Made by a program: the position numbers and the translations under genes. Positions 30,556 through 39,933 of a DNA stretch of 64,000 nucleotides are shown here, piece by piece. The notes beneath the pieces were generated by a model. The model searched no databases. It was not told where the DNA came from and worked only from the letters and a program-made list of their open reading frames with translations. How positions within the stretch are numbered: the stretch's first letter is position 1; every line of letters starts with the position of its first letter. The stretch is taken from contig JAKAEA010000002.1 of NCBI GenBank assembly GCA_021818465.1, positions 31,882 through 95,881 on the forward strand. The letters are read 5' to 3'. The stretch is from a bacterium (lineage in GTDB: Bacteria > Patescibacteriota > Minisyncoccia > Phycocordibacterales > JAKAEA01).

Positions 30556-31311
30556 TTATACCAGGCGCGCCTCAATCAACATAAAAAGTGGTATTTCCTT
30601 GCGAAGGCGGTCTTCTTCTTTTTGTCGAGGACCGTGTTGGGATTTTTTCGGCGAAATCCACTCTTCTAGGCGCGTAACCACGAAACCAGCAGCGGTGAGT
30701 AATTTGACATAGTATTGCAAAGGCCGATGAAATGAGATGGTTGCTTTTGATTTTTGTTGACCAGGATGAGCAACGATGTCTACCGTTTTTTCCGACAGAT
30801 AATAGTCCACGCGGCGATATTGTTTGTGCGTTGTTGCATCCCAACCCCACGCCGATCCTTGGGGAATGCGAAACGCCGGATGATTGAGGACGAGCTCTAG
30901 ACGACCCGATGGTTTCAATACTCGCGCGCACTCAACGAACGTTTCTTTGACCGACTGAATATTTTGAATGGCGAGCACACACACCGCACTATCTACAGCA
31001 CGATCAGCGAGAGGTAGTTTGTCGGCCGGAGTAACATAGAATTTTGGTTGCGGAGAAATATCGACTGTACTTTTTTGAGCATGCGCAATAAGGGTACTGC
31101 TTGCATCAACCCCCGTAACCAATGCTCCCGCTTGCGCAAGTGCAGCACTCACCACACCAGCACCGCAAGCCAAGTCGAGTACACCACAATCACGCACCGG
31201 ACCAAGAACACGTATAAGATTGGGAATGATGACCGTCTGATGATAACTGCGCGCATCAGCGGAGTAATCAGCGTACCAATCAGCAACCTTCTGCCACGAC
31301 GTATCTTTCAT
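30556..31311 (-). CDS. Class I SAM-dependent methyltransferase
   Basis: VLDLACGAG, RVLKPSG and FHRPL motifs. Confidence 0.9.
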   Translation of the reverse strand: MKDTSWQKVADWYADYSADARSYHQTVIIPNLIRVLGPVRDCGVLDLACGAGVVSAALAQAGALVTGVDASSTLIAHAQKSTVDISPQPKFYVTPADKLPLADRAVDSAVCVLAIQNIQSVKETFVECARVLKPSGRLELVLNHPAFRIPQGSAWGWDATTHKQYRRVDYYLSEKTVDIVAHPGQQKSKATISFHRPLQYYVKLLTAAGFVVTRLEEWISPKKSQHGPRQKEEDRLRKEIPLFMLIEARLV

Positions 31312-31574
31312 GATTTAAAAAGTCTGCGGAAAAAACGTTTTAAAAACATGAGTCGCGTTTTAAGGCGAGCGTGGCGTCGATGCAAATCGTGACGTAATGT
31401 TTCGACATCATGAACAACGTTATTTGTTTCAGTCTCAATAGTTTTTGAAATACGAAAAAGAGTACGTACGGAAGCAATTGCATATATAAGTAGAATGAGA
31501 AGCGCGACTGCCAAACAGATAACCACAATAGTGGTAATAAAAAAGAAAATGTCGGCGTGAATGAAACTAGACAT
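31308..31574 (-). CDS. Small membrane protein
   Basis: ADIFFFITTI TM helix followed by a coiled coil. Confidence 0.7.
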   Translation of the reverse strand: MSSFIHADIFFFITTIVVICLAVALLILLIYAIASVRTLFRISKTIETETNNVVHDVETLRHDLHRRHARLKTRLMFLKRFFRRLFKS

Positions 31575-31586
31575 AGCGGTATGATA

Positions 31587-32660
31587 TCACGGCTTAGGAA
31601 GCAATGAAATGATAGGTTGACCAGCAGTTACTAATTGACCAATACTGGGGAGCCGCGCCGGCGCAGCCGGCGCGGCAATACTGCCGGCGGCCGGTGCGTG
31701 CAATGTAAGTTTAGCTAATGCCGCCAGTGTAGAACTAGCAACCGATTTAGCACTCGCCAGCGCACGGGCGGCCGCCGCTTCGTGACTAGCTAAATGGTTA
31801 TCGAGCACCACCGCAGAAGACGAAGCCTGCGGCATCTGCGTATCGTAGGTTAGGGCGTCTTGGGCTGAGAGAATACTATAAATAAGTGTATCGATACCTG
31901 TGCGAGCAGTCGCAATTTTTTGTTGCCACAGGTCTAATTGTGCTGTACTTGTAGCAGCACTCGTGCTCGCTTGTTGTTCTAGAAAATGTAAACTTTCTAG
32001 AAACAATTGAATTTCAGCAATGTCAGCAGTGGCATTTTGCGCAGTTGCAATAAGATCTGCCGACGTTGAGGAAGCAGAAACACTATTTTCTAAAGCAACA
32101 AGGTTGTCTACATTAGCAGTTACCGATGTTCGACCCGATTCCGCTGCTGCTGCAGACAGAGCATCGGCAGGAACAAGAAGCACCGGATTAGAACTTGTTG
32201 CGTTAATAAAAAGCGCATTCGTATGAGCCACCGCATTTTGTGTTGTTGTAGCCATGGTGGCAAGAACCGTACGCAATGTCTGACGATCTTTTTTAAAAAG
32301 TGCATTTTGATCGTTCGTAGCCTCACGCATTGCCGTGCGACTAAGTAGATTTTGTTCCGCGGCAACAGCTTGTAATTCTGCTGCTTTTGCTTCTGCAACA
32401 GCAACATTAACCTCAGCTTGTCGTACCGCAGCAGAAAGTGCACTATCGTCGAGACGCGCCACCACATCACCGGCAGCAACAGTGGTACCAATCGGCACCA
32501 CAAATGTTAACCGACCAGGCACGCTAAAATACATATTGAGAGGACGCTCTGCAGAAACAGTGGGGTGATTCCATCCCAACACCACAGCACTCACACCGAC
32601 ACCAACAGCCACGCCAAGTAACATTATTCCTCCTATATACACTATTCGTTGAATACGCAT
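31587..32660 (-). CDS. HlyD/membrane-fusion-like protein
   Basis: TM anchor, split lipoyl-like halves (G.TV.AGDVVARLDD; LHAPAAG..GQLVTAGQPI) and a long coiled coil. Confidence 0.7.
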   Translation of the reverse strand: MRIQRIVYIGGIMLLGVAVGVGVSAVVLGWNHPTVSAERPLNMYFSVPGRLTFVVPIGTTVAAGDVVARLDDSALSAAVRQAEVNVAVAEAKAAELQAVAAEQNLLSRTAMREATNDQNALFKKDRQTLRTVLATMATTTQNAVAHTNALFINATSSNPVLLVPADALSAAAAESGRTSVTANVDNLVALENSVSASSTSADLIATAQNATADIAEIQLFLESLHFLEQQASTSAATSTAQLDLWQQKIATARTGIDTLIYSILSAQDALTYDTQMPQASSSAVVLDNHLASHEAAAARALASAKSVASSTLAALAKLTLHAPAAGSIAAPAAPARLPSIGQLVTAGQPIISLLPKP

Positions 32661-32662
32661 AA

Positions 32663-32773
32663 TTAGTCAATAAGTTTGGTCCACCAATCAAATGTTAAAA
32701 ATAAAAAGAGGCCTAGAGTTCCATACACGGGCAAAAGCACTATAAACAATATTCTTTTCCAGGTAATTTTCAT
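32663..32773 (-). CDS. 36-aa single-TM small protein (not in ORF track)
   Basis: MKITWKRILFIVLLPVYGTLGLFLFLTFDWWTKLID*; the stop lies 2 bp before the HlyD-like start. Confidence 0.55.
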   Translation of the reverse strand: MKITWKRILFIVLLPVYGTLGLFLFLTFDWWTKLID

Positions 32774-32905
32774 ATTAAAGGGCCATAATACGCCACCAAA
32801 GTGCTTTTTGCAATGAAGCCCTTACAAAGAGATAAAAATTTTTTAAAGCCTAATCCACACTCTTATTTTTAAAAAAATCGACTATTTTGTTAATCTATTT
32901 ACTAT

Positions 32906-33580
32906 ATGCGAATGCTTATTGCGGACGACGATGCTACGGTGCGAGAATCCTTACGACGCGCTTTTGAAGAAGAACGAATTGTGGTTGACATTGCTACCGA
33001 CGGCGAGCGAGCTTCATATTTGGGACGAATCAATGAATACGATATTGCTATTATAGATCTCATTATGCCCAATAAAGACGGCTGCACCGTGTGTAGCGAC
33101 TTGCGCCACCGTGGACGCACCTTCCCCATTCTCGTACTTTCCGTCAATGCCACCACTGAACAGAAAGTGCGACTCTTAAATGTTGGCGCCGATGATTATA
33201 TGACAAAACCATTTTCCTTTCGGGAAATTTCTGCACGTGTTAAAGCCCTCACTCGTCGGCCACAACCGATTGAACCTGACGTCCTAGAAGTCGGCGATTT
33301 GCGCGTAGATACAGCTCAGCAAAAAGTGACTCGCGGTAAACGTGATATTTACCTAACACGTAAAGAATTTTCTCTCTTGGAATTTTTAATGCGGCGACAC
33401 GGACAAGTAATTTCGCGCGGTAGTATTATGGAACATATTTGGAACGCTGACGCAGATCCATTCTCAAACACCATAGAAGCCCACATTCTTAATATTCGAA
33501 AAAAAATTAGTGATACCAAACGTAATCGCCTCGTTCACACTGTTCCTGGTCGCGGTTACAAAGTAGACTGTACATCTTGA
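32906..33580 (+). CDS. OmpR-family response regulator
   Basis: IADDD, IIDLIMP, GADDYMTKPF and wHTH motifs LTRKEF..TVPGRGY. Confidence 0.95.
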   Translation: MRMLIADDDATVRESLRRAFEEERIVVDIATDGERASYLGRINEYDIAIIDLIMPNKDGCTVCSDLRHRGRTFPILVLSVNATTEQKVRLLNVGADDYMTKPFSFREISARVKALTRRPQPIEPDVLEVGDLRVDTAQQKVTRGKRDIYLTRKEFSLLEFLMRRHGQVISRGSIMEHIWNADADPFSNTIEAHILNIRKKISDTKRNRLVHTVPGRGYKVDCTS

Positions 33581-33583
33581 AAA

Positions 33584-34825
33584 ATGAGACACGACTCCAT
33601 ACTCAGCGTACTTTTGATTTCATTTATTATAGTAATTATTTTCGGTGACAGTTTAGCTATCACGCACTCGGTTTTAGTTGGTTATAGTGGTGTACATTTT
33701 TGGCTACTATCAAGTTTGCTACCTTTAGCCGTTGGATTATTGTGGTTGTCAAAAAGCGGTAAACCGGAACTTGCCGCACACGGTTTTATTTTGACACTTA
33801 TAGCTATAACAACATATGTGAGTTTCATCTGGGGTGCAAATCTTCAACATGCCCTGCTCGGTTCAGTCCTTGTTATTATTATCGCCAACGTGCTTATTGG
33901 TACCACATACAGTGTCATTGTTGCCACTATTATTTCTATCATCACTGTTATTCTTTGGGATTTACAAATTAGAGCAATCATTAAACCGCACTGGTTTTGG
34001 CAATACCCGTTACAATTTCATCACGCTACTGATTTTATTATTTTATTTTTTAGTATTACTGCCGTTCTGTGGTTATCCAATAGAGAAACTGAGCGAGTGG
34101 CACATACCGCGCACACGCTCTATCGTTTTGCTAAAGTTGGTAAACTCTCATCTGGTATTTTTCATGATCTTGCTAGTCCCCTTACCGCAGTAACGCTCAG
34201 CATAGAATATCTTAAACACCATCGCGACGATGCCTCTGCAGATCTCGAATCACATATCACGACCGCCCTCCGCGCGACAGATGAAATGCGAATGCTCATT
34301 ACCGCCATCAGTAAAAATCTTCATGGTCAAACTGATACGGTGAGTGTTTTTTCTGTATCTAAAGAAATTGGTGATGCAATAGCTGTATTAGCCTACAAAA
34401 GTCGCTTAGCTGGCGTACACATACAATATCGCAACAGCGATGCTTATTTTCTCCTCGGAAACTCGTTACGTTTTCATCAGGCAATTATTAATGTGTTGGC
34501 AAACGCTATTGATGCATGTGAGCGTAACGAGACAGGAACCACTCGGTTGTGCACGATTACGTGCACTGAAGAATCGAGGACCGTCTGGGTTGTCATTTCA
34601 AATAGTGGTCCAGAAATTCCCGAAGCAATACGACAATATATTTTTGATCCATTCTTTACCACAAAAACAAAAGGATACGGCAACGGCATAGGTCTATCTA
34701 TTACTAAAGAAATTGTAGAAAAAGAATTCGGTGGAAAGGTGCTGGTTGAAAGCACGCCAGCCAGTACAACATTTTATTTAGGATTTCCTAGTACTAAAGA
34801 TATTCGACTTCCCGTTCGAGCGTAA
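33584..34825 (+). CDS. Membrane sensor histidine kinase
   Basis: Multi-TM N-terminus; H box FHDLASPL, N box NVLANAIDA, F box DPFFTTK, G2 box GIGLS. Confidence 0.92.
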   Translation: MRHDSILSVLLISFIIVIIFGDSLAITHSVLVGYSGVHFWLLSSLLPLAVGLLWLSKSGKPELAAHGFILTLIAITTYVSFIWGANLQHALLGSVLVIIIANVLIGTTYSVIVATIISIITVILWDLQIRAIIKPHWFWQYPLQFHHATDFIILFFSITAVLWLSNRETERVAHTAHTLYRFAKVGKLSSGIFHDLASPLTAVTLSIEYLKHHRDDASADLESHITTALRATDEMRMLITAISKNLHGQTDTVSVFSVSKEIGDAIAVLAYKSRLAGVHIQYRNSDAYFLLGNSLRFHQAIINVLANAIDACERNETGTTRLCTITCTEESRTVWVVISNSGPEIPEAIRQYIFDPFFTTKTKGYGNGIGLSITKEIVEKEFGGKVLVESTPASTTFYLGFPSTKDIRLPVRA

Positions 34826-35810
34826 TGCCTGTGGCGGCGGCAGTTGCCGCCGCCATGCGCGCGGCGGCAGCGGCAACATCCGCTGCCGCCGCGCCACCAA
34901 AATTAACAAGTACCAACGCCTGTTCACTGTGTGTCCCCACCGCACCCCATCGCTTTCCTTTTAAACCGCAAACTTTATCCAAAAGCCAACCAGCAGGCAC
35001 CTTAATTCGCAACGCCGAATCAGGTTCAGAAAATCCGGGCATATCTGGAAACTGCTTTTTTAATTTTTCAAAAACTGAACTTCCTATAATAGGATTTTTA
35101 AAAAACGAGCCAGCCGTTCCCACCTGCTGAAGATTGGGTAATTTTTTCGCCCGAATTTCTAATACCGCCGTTCGCACATGATGTGGTGTCACTGTAGCTA
35201 CTGCGATATGTTCTTTTGCAAAGTATGCGTGTACATCCGGGTAGTCTGCTGCTACTATCGGTTTTCGATGCAATTGAAATGTTGCTCGCACTACCACGAG
35301 TTTTTTTCCATCTGCTGTCTTAAAAAAACTAGAGCGATACCCGAAGCGACATTCGTCGGCTGTTAATTGCCGCATTTTTTCACCATCAATAACTTCAACT
35401 GAGACGAGCGTGTCACACACTTCTCGTCCGTAGGCACCAACATTACCCACAACTGCACCGCCAACTGTTCCGGGAATTCCCGAAAGATTTTCTAACCCAA
35501 AAAGTTTGTGTGCTATCGTCCACGCCACAAAATCATCCCATATAACACCAGCGCCTACAGTCACGCATTCACCAACACTACGTATACCGCCGATGGCCAT
35601 TTTTGCCACTAATCCCGAAAAACCAGCATCTGCAAAAAGCATATTAGAACCGCCGCCGAGAACAAAAAACGGCACCCGTAATTCGTCGCTCATTTTTTTT
35701 GCTTCACGTGCTTCTTCAGAAGTTTTAACTACAGTAAAAAATTGCGCTGGGCCACCAATACGAAAAGTGCCATGCGCAGCAAGTGGAATATGTTCTTGCA
35801 CCTCAATCAT
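34794..35810 (-). CDS. murB: UDP-N-acetylmuramate dehydrogenase
   Basis: TFRIGG, LGGGSN, GIPGTVGG, AGSFFKNP and LEREV motifs. Confidence 0.95.
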   Translation of the reverse strand: MIEVQEHIPLAAHGTFRIGGPAQFFTVVKTSEEAREAKKMSDELRVPFFVLGGGSNMLFADAGFSGLVAKMAIGGIRSVGECVTVGAGVIWDDFVAWTIAHKLFGLENLSGIPGTVGGAVVGNVGAYGREVCDTLVSVEVIDGEKMRQLTADECRFGYRSSFFKTADGKKLVVVRATFQLHRKPIVAADYPDVHAYFAKEHIAVATVTPHHVRTAVLEIRAKKLPNLQQVGTAGSFFKNPIIGSSVFEKLKKQFPDMPGFSEPDSALRIKVPAGWLLDKVCGLKGKRWGAVGTHSEQALVLVNFGGAAAADVAAAAARMAAATAAATGITLEREVEYL

Positions 35811-35832
35811 TACCTCATAATACCTCACCTGC

Positions 35833-35917
35833 GATTATGTCCAAAATTGGTTGACGGGGCTAGCTCCAAAACAATGTAGTATGTGAGTGCGACCGTCAAC
35901 CAATTCTGCACGTAATC
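35833..35917 (-). ncRNA. Candidate long-hairpin ncRNA (~25-bp stem, 35-nt loop)
   Basis: 35833-35857 pairs with 35893-35917, including a perfect 13-bp core; upstream TGGTATACT at 35928-35936. Confidence 0.45.
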
Positions 35918-35947
35918 TTCTGACAAAAGTATACCATACGGCCATCA

Positions 35948-35979
35948 CGTAAAAAACCTGCCGAAGCAGGTTTTTTACG
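35948..35979 (-). terminator. Strong intrinsic terminator (cUUCGg loop)
   Basis: Perfect 14-bp stem cgtaaaaaacctgc-cgaa-gcaggttttttacg. Confidence 0.85.
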
Positions 35980-36021
35980 CTACATTGAGAGATGCCAGAG
36001 CCAAAACTCTTACACTCACGC
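35950..36021 (-). ncRNA. Candidate ~72-nt small RNA
   Basis: Bounded by a near-consensus sigma70 promoter and an intrinsic terminator; no complete ORF inside. Confidence 0.55.
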
Positions 36022-36026
36022 ATAGT

Positions 36027-36054
36027 AGTATAGCACAAGCTACTTAATTGTCAA
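36027..36054 (-). promoter_or_regulatory. Near-consensus sigma70 promoter
   Basis: TTGACA (36054-36049), N16 spacer, TATACT (36032-36027), with the extended -10 TG. Confidence 0.75.
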
Positions 36055-36059
36055 TAAAC

Positions 36060-38558
36060 CTACGCTACCTTTCCTTGTTGGATAGCTTGAATGTATTGCT
36101 CTACTTGTGATTTTGCTTGTGGATCTAATGTCTCTACTTTCTTAAGTGTTGCAATAGCATCAACACTATCTTTGACTAATAAGTATGCCCCGGCCAAAGA
36201 AACATAATTATTAACATTTGTAGGATCAATTGCCACCCGTTCTTGCCACATTTTCAGTACCGCCTTGTAATCCCCAATAAAATAGTAGGCGTGCAAAATT
36301 GCATCATTCGTCGCGAGCGTCGTTGTCGACACCGCCGGCGCTTGGAGAATCTGGTTAGCGAGTGTTTCATTTTTGTTGTAAATGGCGGCGGCAGCATACA
36401 GTAATTGTGCGGCTTGATCTTTTGTATCTAATTCATAAGCAGTTCGTAAGGTTTTCAGTGCGTTCACAAAATCCTCCTCGCCAATATACACTGAAGCAAT
36501 TTCAAAGAGAATGGTTTGTTTATCAGGAGATAGTTGCTGTGCTTTTTGGAGAAGCGGTAACGCCACCTGATACTGACCAGCGCTGGCAAGTACCGAACCA
36601 GGTAATAGATAGTAGCGTGCATCATACGGCGTGCGAGAAATTTGAATATTCGCCTGCTGCTCAACAAATGCGATGAGTTTATTTTCTTCAGTGACAAGAC
36701 CAGGGTCAGGTTGACCAGTGCCACTTTGCTGAGCAGAGTTAGCGACTTGCGTGGAAAGTTGATCAAGCGCGCCAAAAAGCTGTTCACGAATTTCCGGATC
36801 ACCAAAGGTACGCCAGGAGAGCGCCTGTTGATAGGCGGCAATGGTTTCCTCAACGGTCGGCTGGGTAGATGGATTAATAGCAGCAATCAAATCAACGTTA
36901 GCCATTATGGGCTTCACATTAACAAAGTACAGCAGCAGCACGAGCGCCACAGCGGTAATCGGTACAATAACCCGATTAGGTTGATAGCTAGCAGATGCTG
37001 TTTCAAGCACTTTTGTATCAGCGTCTACAGACATTGTCCGACGAGTATAGACATACGCCGCGATACTAACATAGAAAAGATAGCTTGCTATATTATCAAA
37101 CACAAAAAAGTTATTGATAAAGTAGCCAGCAAGCATGCCAGTTAATACTGATTTTTCCGCAACTGAAAAAGGATTATCACCCGCAATGCCGCCAAGACGT
37201 TTAAGATATCTTAAACTACGCCACCCCCGAGCGGTGTCAGTATCTTCAAGCAATGTGTAGTCGCGTTTCCCCACCCAGATATACCAGATGATCGACGCAA
37301 AGAGGGCGATATACGAAAGGAAGCCGAGCGCACCACCAGTGACGAGCCAATCAAAAATAATATTGTGAGCGCGATCAAACCACTGCTCGTCGGCATACAA
37401 CCGAGGATCGTAAAATTTATTAAAGACGTAGTTAAAACTTTCTTGACCCCAACCAAGTATCGGCCGCTCCAAGAAACCTTGCCAGGCCATACCCCACAAA
37501 ATGAGACGCGACTGAGTTGTAGTATTGTGAATTGAAATATCAGCAAAGCGTTTCAACGTGCCGTTATCCTTCATAAGGCTGGTATTTTTCAGACCAAAGA
37601 AAAGTATCAGTATAGCGACCATACCAATCACAATCCCCCAGCCTGTGCGACGCAACCAGCGGCGATCACGTTCAAAAATTCCTATGAGCAGTGCTACCAA
37701 ACCTAAGCCACCCAAAAAACCGAGAATGGCGCCGCGTGTTTCTGTTTCAAAAACTACCCAGAAGTCTAACAGGAACAGTAGAGCGTACAACCAATAGCCG
37801 CGCTCAAAGAGAGCAGAAAAAAGTAAGAGTAAGTCGCCAATAATAAGACCCGCGACGGTCCAAAACACTGCTGCCGGCAACATCGTCGAATTCACCGCTG
37901 TCGCTGTTAAATTAGGGGCAATAAAAGCAATGACACCGACGTTGAGACCAAGCGCAACAAACCAATGATTGCGAATGTTGAAATTCCCTTTTCGCCGCAC
38001 CAAGAAAAACAAAACCAAGAAAGCGCTAAAGAGCATGTAGATAGCGAGGTAGGCCGAGTTTCCCAGAGCCGCGTCAATACGTGTATTACCTTGATCAATA
38101 CGTAGCAAGCCGAATGTTTGCAAAAACGAAAAAAGAATCATCGCACCACTCGCGCCAATCCATGTTTGCCAGAGGCGCTCCCACATATCTTTCGTGAGAA
38201 TAGTGCCGGCAACAATACCATAACCAAGTAGATGTGCGAATGTTACCCACCCCTCCATGCGCTCAAAATTTGACCAGAAACTTTTATAGGGGTACTGACT
38301 ATGGAGATCGGCGATAAACATAATTGCCACCACCAACACTGCCGCCCAGCCTAACCAAGAATTTTTCGGACGGAATTTTGTGTTAGTCACCGCCAAAATA
38401 AGCCATGAACCGAAAATGATTTCGGTAATGATTCGGAAGTAAAAACCCTTACCGGTAATAAATGGAAAAAACAGATTATTAGAAACGAGGAGTGGCACGA
38501 AGGCAAGCGCAAACAAGCCGACGATGCACACCCATTGTAAAATACGGTTGAGCTTCAT
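36060..38558 (-). CDS. O-antigen ligase (Wzy_C)-family oligosaccharyltransferase with C-terminal TPR repeats
   Basis: Multi-TM; LGNSAYLA, TETRGA, SRLILW, GWGQE and FDRAHN motifs; TPR-like helices. Confidence 0.88.
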   Translation of the reverse strand: MKLNRILQWVCIVGLFALAFVPLLVSNNLFFPFITGKGFYFRIITEIIFGSWLILAVTNTKFRPKNSWLGWAAVLVVAIMFIADLHSQYPYKSFWSNFERMEGWVTFAHLLGYGIVAGTILTKDMWERLWQTWIGASGAMILFSFLQTFGLLRIDQGNTRIDAALGNSAYLAIYMLFSAFLVLFFLVRRKGNFNIRNHWFVALGLNVGVIAFIAPNLTATAVNSTMLPAAVFWTVAGLIIGDLLLLFSALFERGYWLYALLFLLDFWVVFETETRGAILGFLGGLGLVALLIGIFERDRRWLRRTGWGIVIGMVAILILFFGLKNTSLMKDNGTLKRFADISIHNTTTQSRLILWGMAWQGFLERPILGWGQESFNYVFNKFYDPRLYADEQWFDRAHNIIFDWLVTGGALGFLSYIALFASIIWYIWVGKRDYTLLEDTDTARGWRSLRYLKRLGGIAGDNPFSVAEKSVLTGMLAGYFINNFFVFDNIASYLFYVSIAAYVYTRRTMSVDADTKVLETASASYQPNRVIVPITAVALVLLLYFVNVKPIMANVDLIAAINPSTQPTVEETIAAYQQALSWRTFGDPEIREQLFGALDQLSTQVANSAQQSGTGQPDPGLVTEENKLIAFVEQQANIQISRTPYDARYYLLPGSVLASAGQYQVALPLLQKAQQLSPDKQTILFEIASVYIGEEDFVNALKTLRTAYELDTKDQAAQLLYAAAAIYNKNETLANQILQAPAVSTTTLATNDAILHAYYFIGDYKAVLKMWQERVAIDPTNVNNYVSLAGAYLLVKDSVDAIATLKKVETLDPQAKSQVEQYIQAIQQGKVA

Positions 38559-38649
38559 AGTGGTGGTTGATAATTAATACGTCTTTCAATACTACCACAG
38601 AGATTTTTTCGCGCTAGCGGTTACTACTTGCTCATGCTACCATTTTTGC

Positions 38650-39933
38650 ATGTTTTCTGAGCTACGAAACCGCACGTATCGTTTTTTGCGCTGGAGCGAG
38701 CGTTATACAAAAATGGACATGATCTACTTGACATCTGGAAGTTTTTGGGCCGTATTTGGACAATTCTCTGCAGCCATTATTGCCTTTGGACTAGCAATTG
38801 CCGTAGCGCGTTTCGTATCCAAAGACGTCTACGGTACCTATAAATACGTTTTAGCTATCGTTTCAGTTGTCGCTACCCTTTCGCTAAGTGGCATTGGTCA
38901 GGCCGTCTTTCAATCCATCACTCGCGGCTTCCGTCGCTCGCTCTCCGACGGATTCTGGGCAAATTTACGCTGGAGTTTTTTAGTTTTTATAATCACTCTT
39001 ACTGTTGGTGGATACTACCTTTTCCAAGGCAATCAAACACTTGGTTTGGGTATTTTACTTGGTGGCTGTATAACACCATTTCTTTCCGGCTTTAATTTAT
39101 ACACATCACTCTTCTCTGGTGAAAAAGATTTTCGACGCGCAGCATGGTATGGCGACGTTGTCACCAACATCATTCCCGCACTCACCTTGATAGCGGTTGC
39201 CCTTATTGCTCCCACTGCACTCAATTTGGTTATCGCCTATTTTCTCGCAAACCTTGCTGCTGCTGCATATAGTTATTGGCGCGGCACACGACATTATCGT
39301 TCAACAGCCGATGCTGCACATGATCCTGATCTACTTTCGTATGGCAAACACCTAAGTTTAATGGCCGTCTTAAGTGGCATCGCTGGCAATATTGACCAAC
39401 TGCTACTTTTTCACTTTGGTGGCGCTATTGATCTTGCTATCTATAATTTTGCCATTGCTATTCCTGATCAAGCAAAAGGCCCTCTTAAGCAACTCGATAC
39501 GATGACACAAGCTCGTTTTGTTAATCGAACTACTCATGACATTCATACGAGTTTGCGTAACAAAATGCTGTGGCTCACTGCAACAAGTATTATTACTATA
39601 AGTGTTTACGTTATAGTCGCTCCATTCATCTACCAATTATTTTTCCCTGCGTACAGCATTGCTGCTGCGTATTCTCAAATTTATGCACTATCATTATTCT
39701 CAATGATTATAAGTCCTGCTGCTTCATATCTTTCAGCAAAAAAACGAGTACGAGCTCTGTATGTTAATACTTTCGGCAGTTCCATCTTACATATCGGACT
39801 TATGGTAATTGGTGTAGTTTGGTTTGGTTTATGGGGTTTAATTATTGCTCGCGTTTTCATTCGACTTGGTGGTGCTCTGTTATCACTTGGACTCTATTAC
39901 CGAACGACGCGTCTTGAACGAAAAACAATATGA
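38650..39933 (+). CDS. Oligosaccharide flippase (Wzx-like)
   Basis: About 12 TM helices; YGTYKY, IDQLLL..LAIYNFA and FGLWG motifs. Confidence 0.85.
   Translation: MFSELRNRTYRFLRWSERYTKMDMIYLTSGSFWAVFGQFSAAIIAFGLAIAVARFVSKDVYGTYKYVLAIVSVVATLSLSGIGQAVFQSITRGFRRSLSDGFWANLRWSFLVFIITLTVGGYYLFQGNQTLGLGILLGGCITPFLSGFNLYTSLFSGEKDFRRAAWYGDVVTNIIPALTLIAVALIAPTALNLVIAYFLANLAAAAYSYWRGTRHYRSTADAAHDPDLLSYGKHLSLMAVLSGIAGNIDQLLLFHFGGAIDLAIYNFAIAIPDQAKGPLKQLDTMTQARFVNRTTHDIHTSLRNKMLWLTATSIITISVYVIVAPFIYQLFFPAYSIAAAYSQIYALSLFSMIISPAASYLSAKKRVRALYVNTFGSSILHIGLMVIGVVWFGLWGLIIARVFIRLGGALLSLGLYYRTTRLERKTI

Noticed and set aside
35859-35872. GTTTTGGAGCTAG (minus strand) resembles a Cas9-type repeat
   Set aside because: Single short copy, with no array and no cas genes in the window.
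35835-36038. 67-aa ORF in the murB upstream region
   Set aside because: It crosses a promoter, a strong terminator and a long hairpin, and has no protein-like features.
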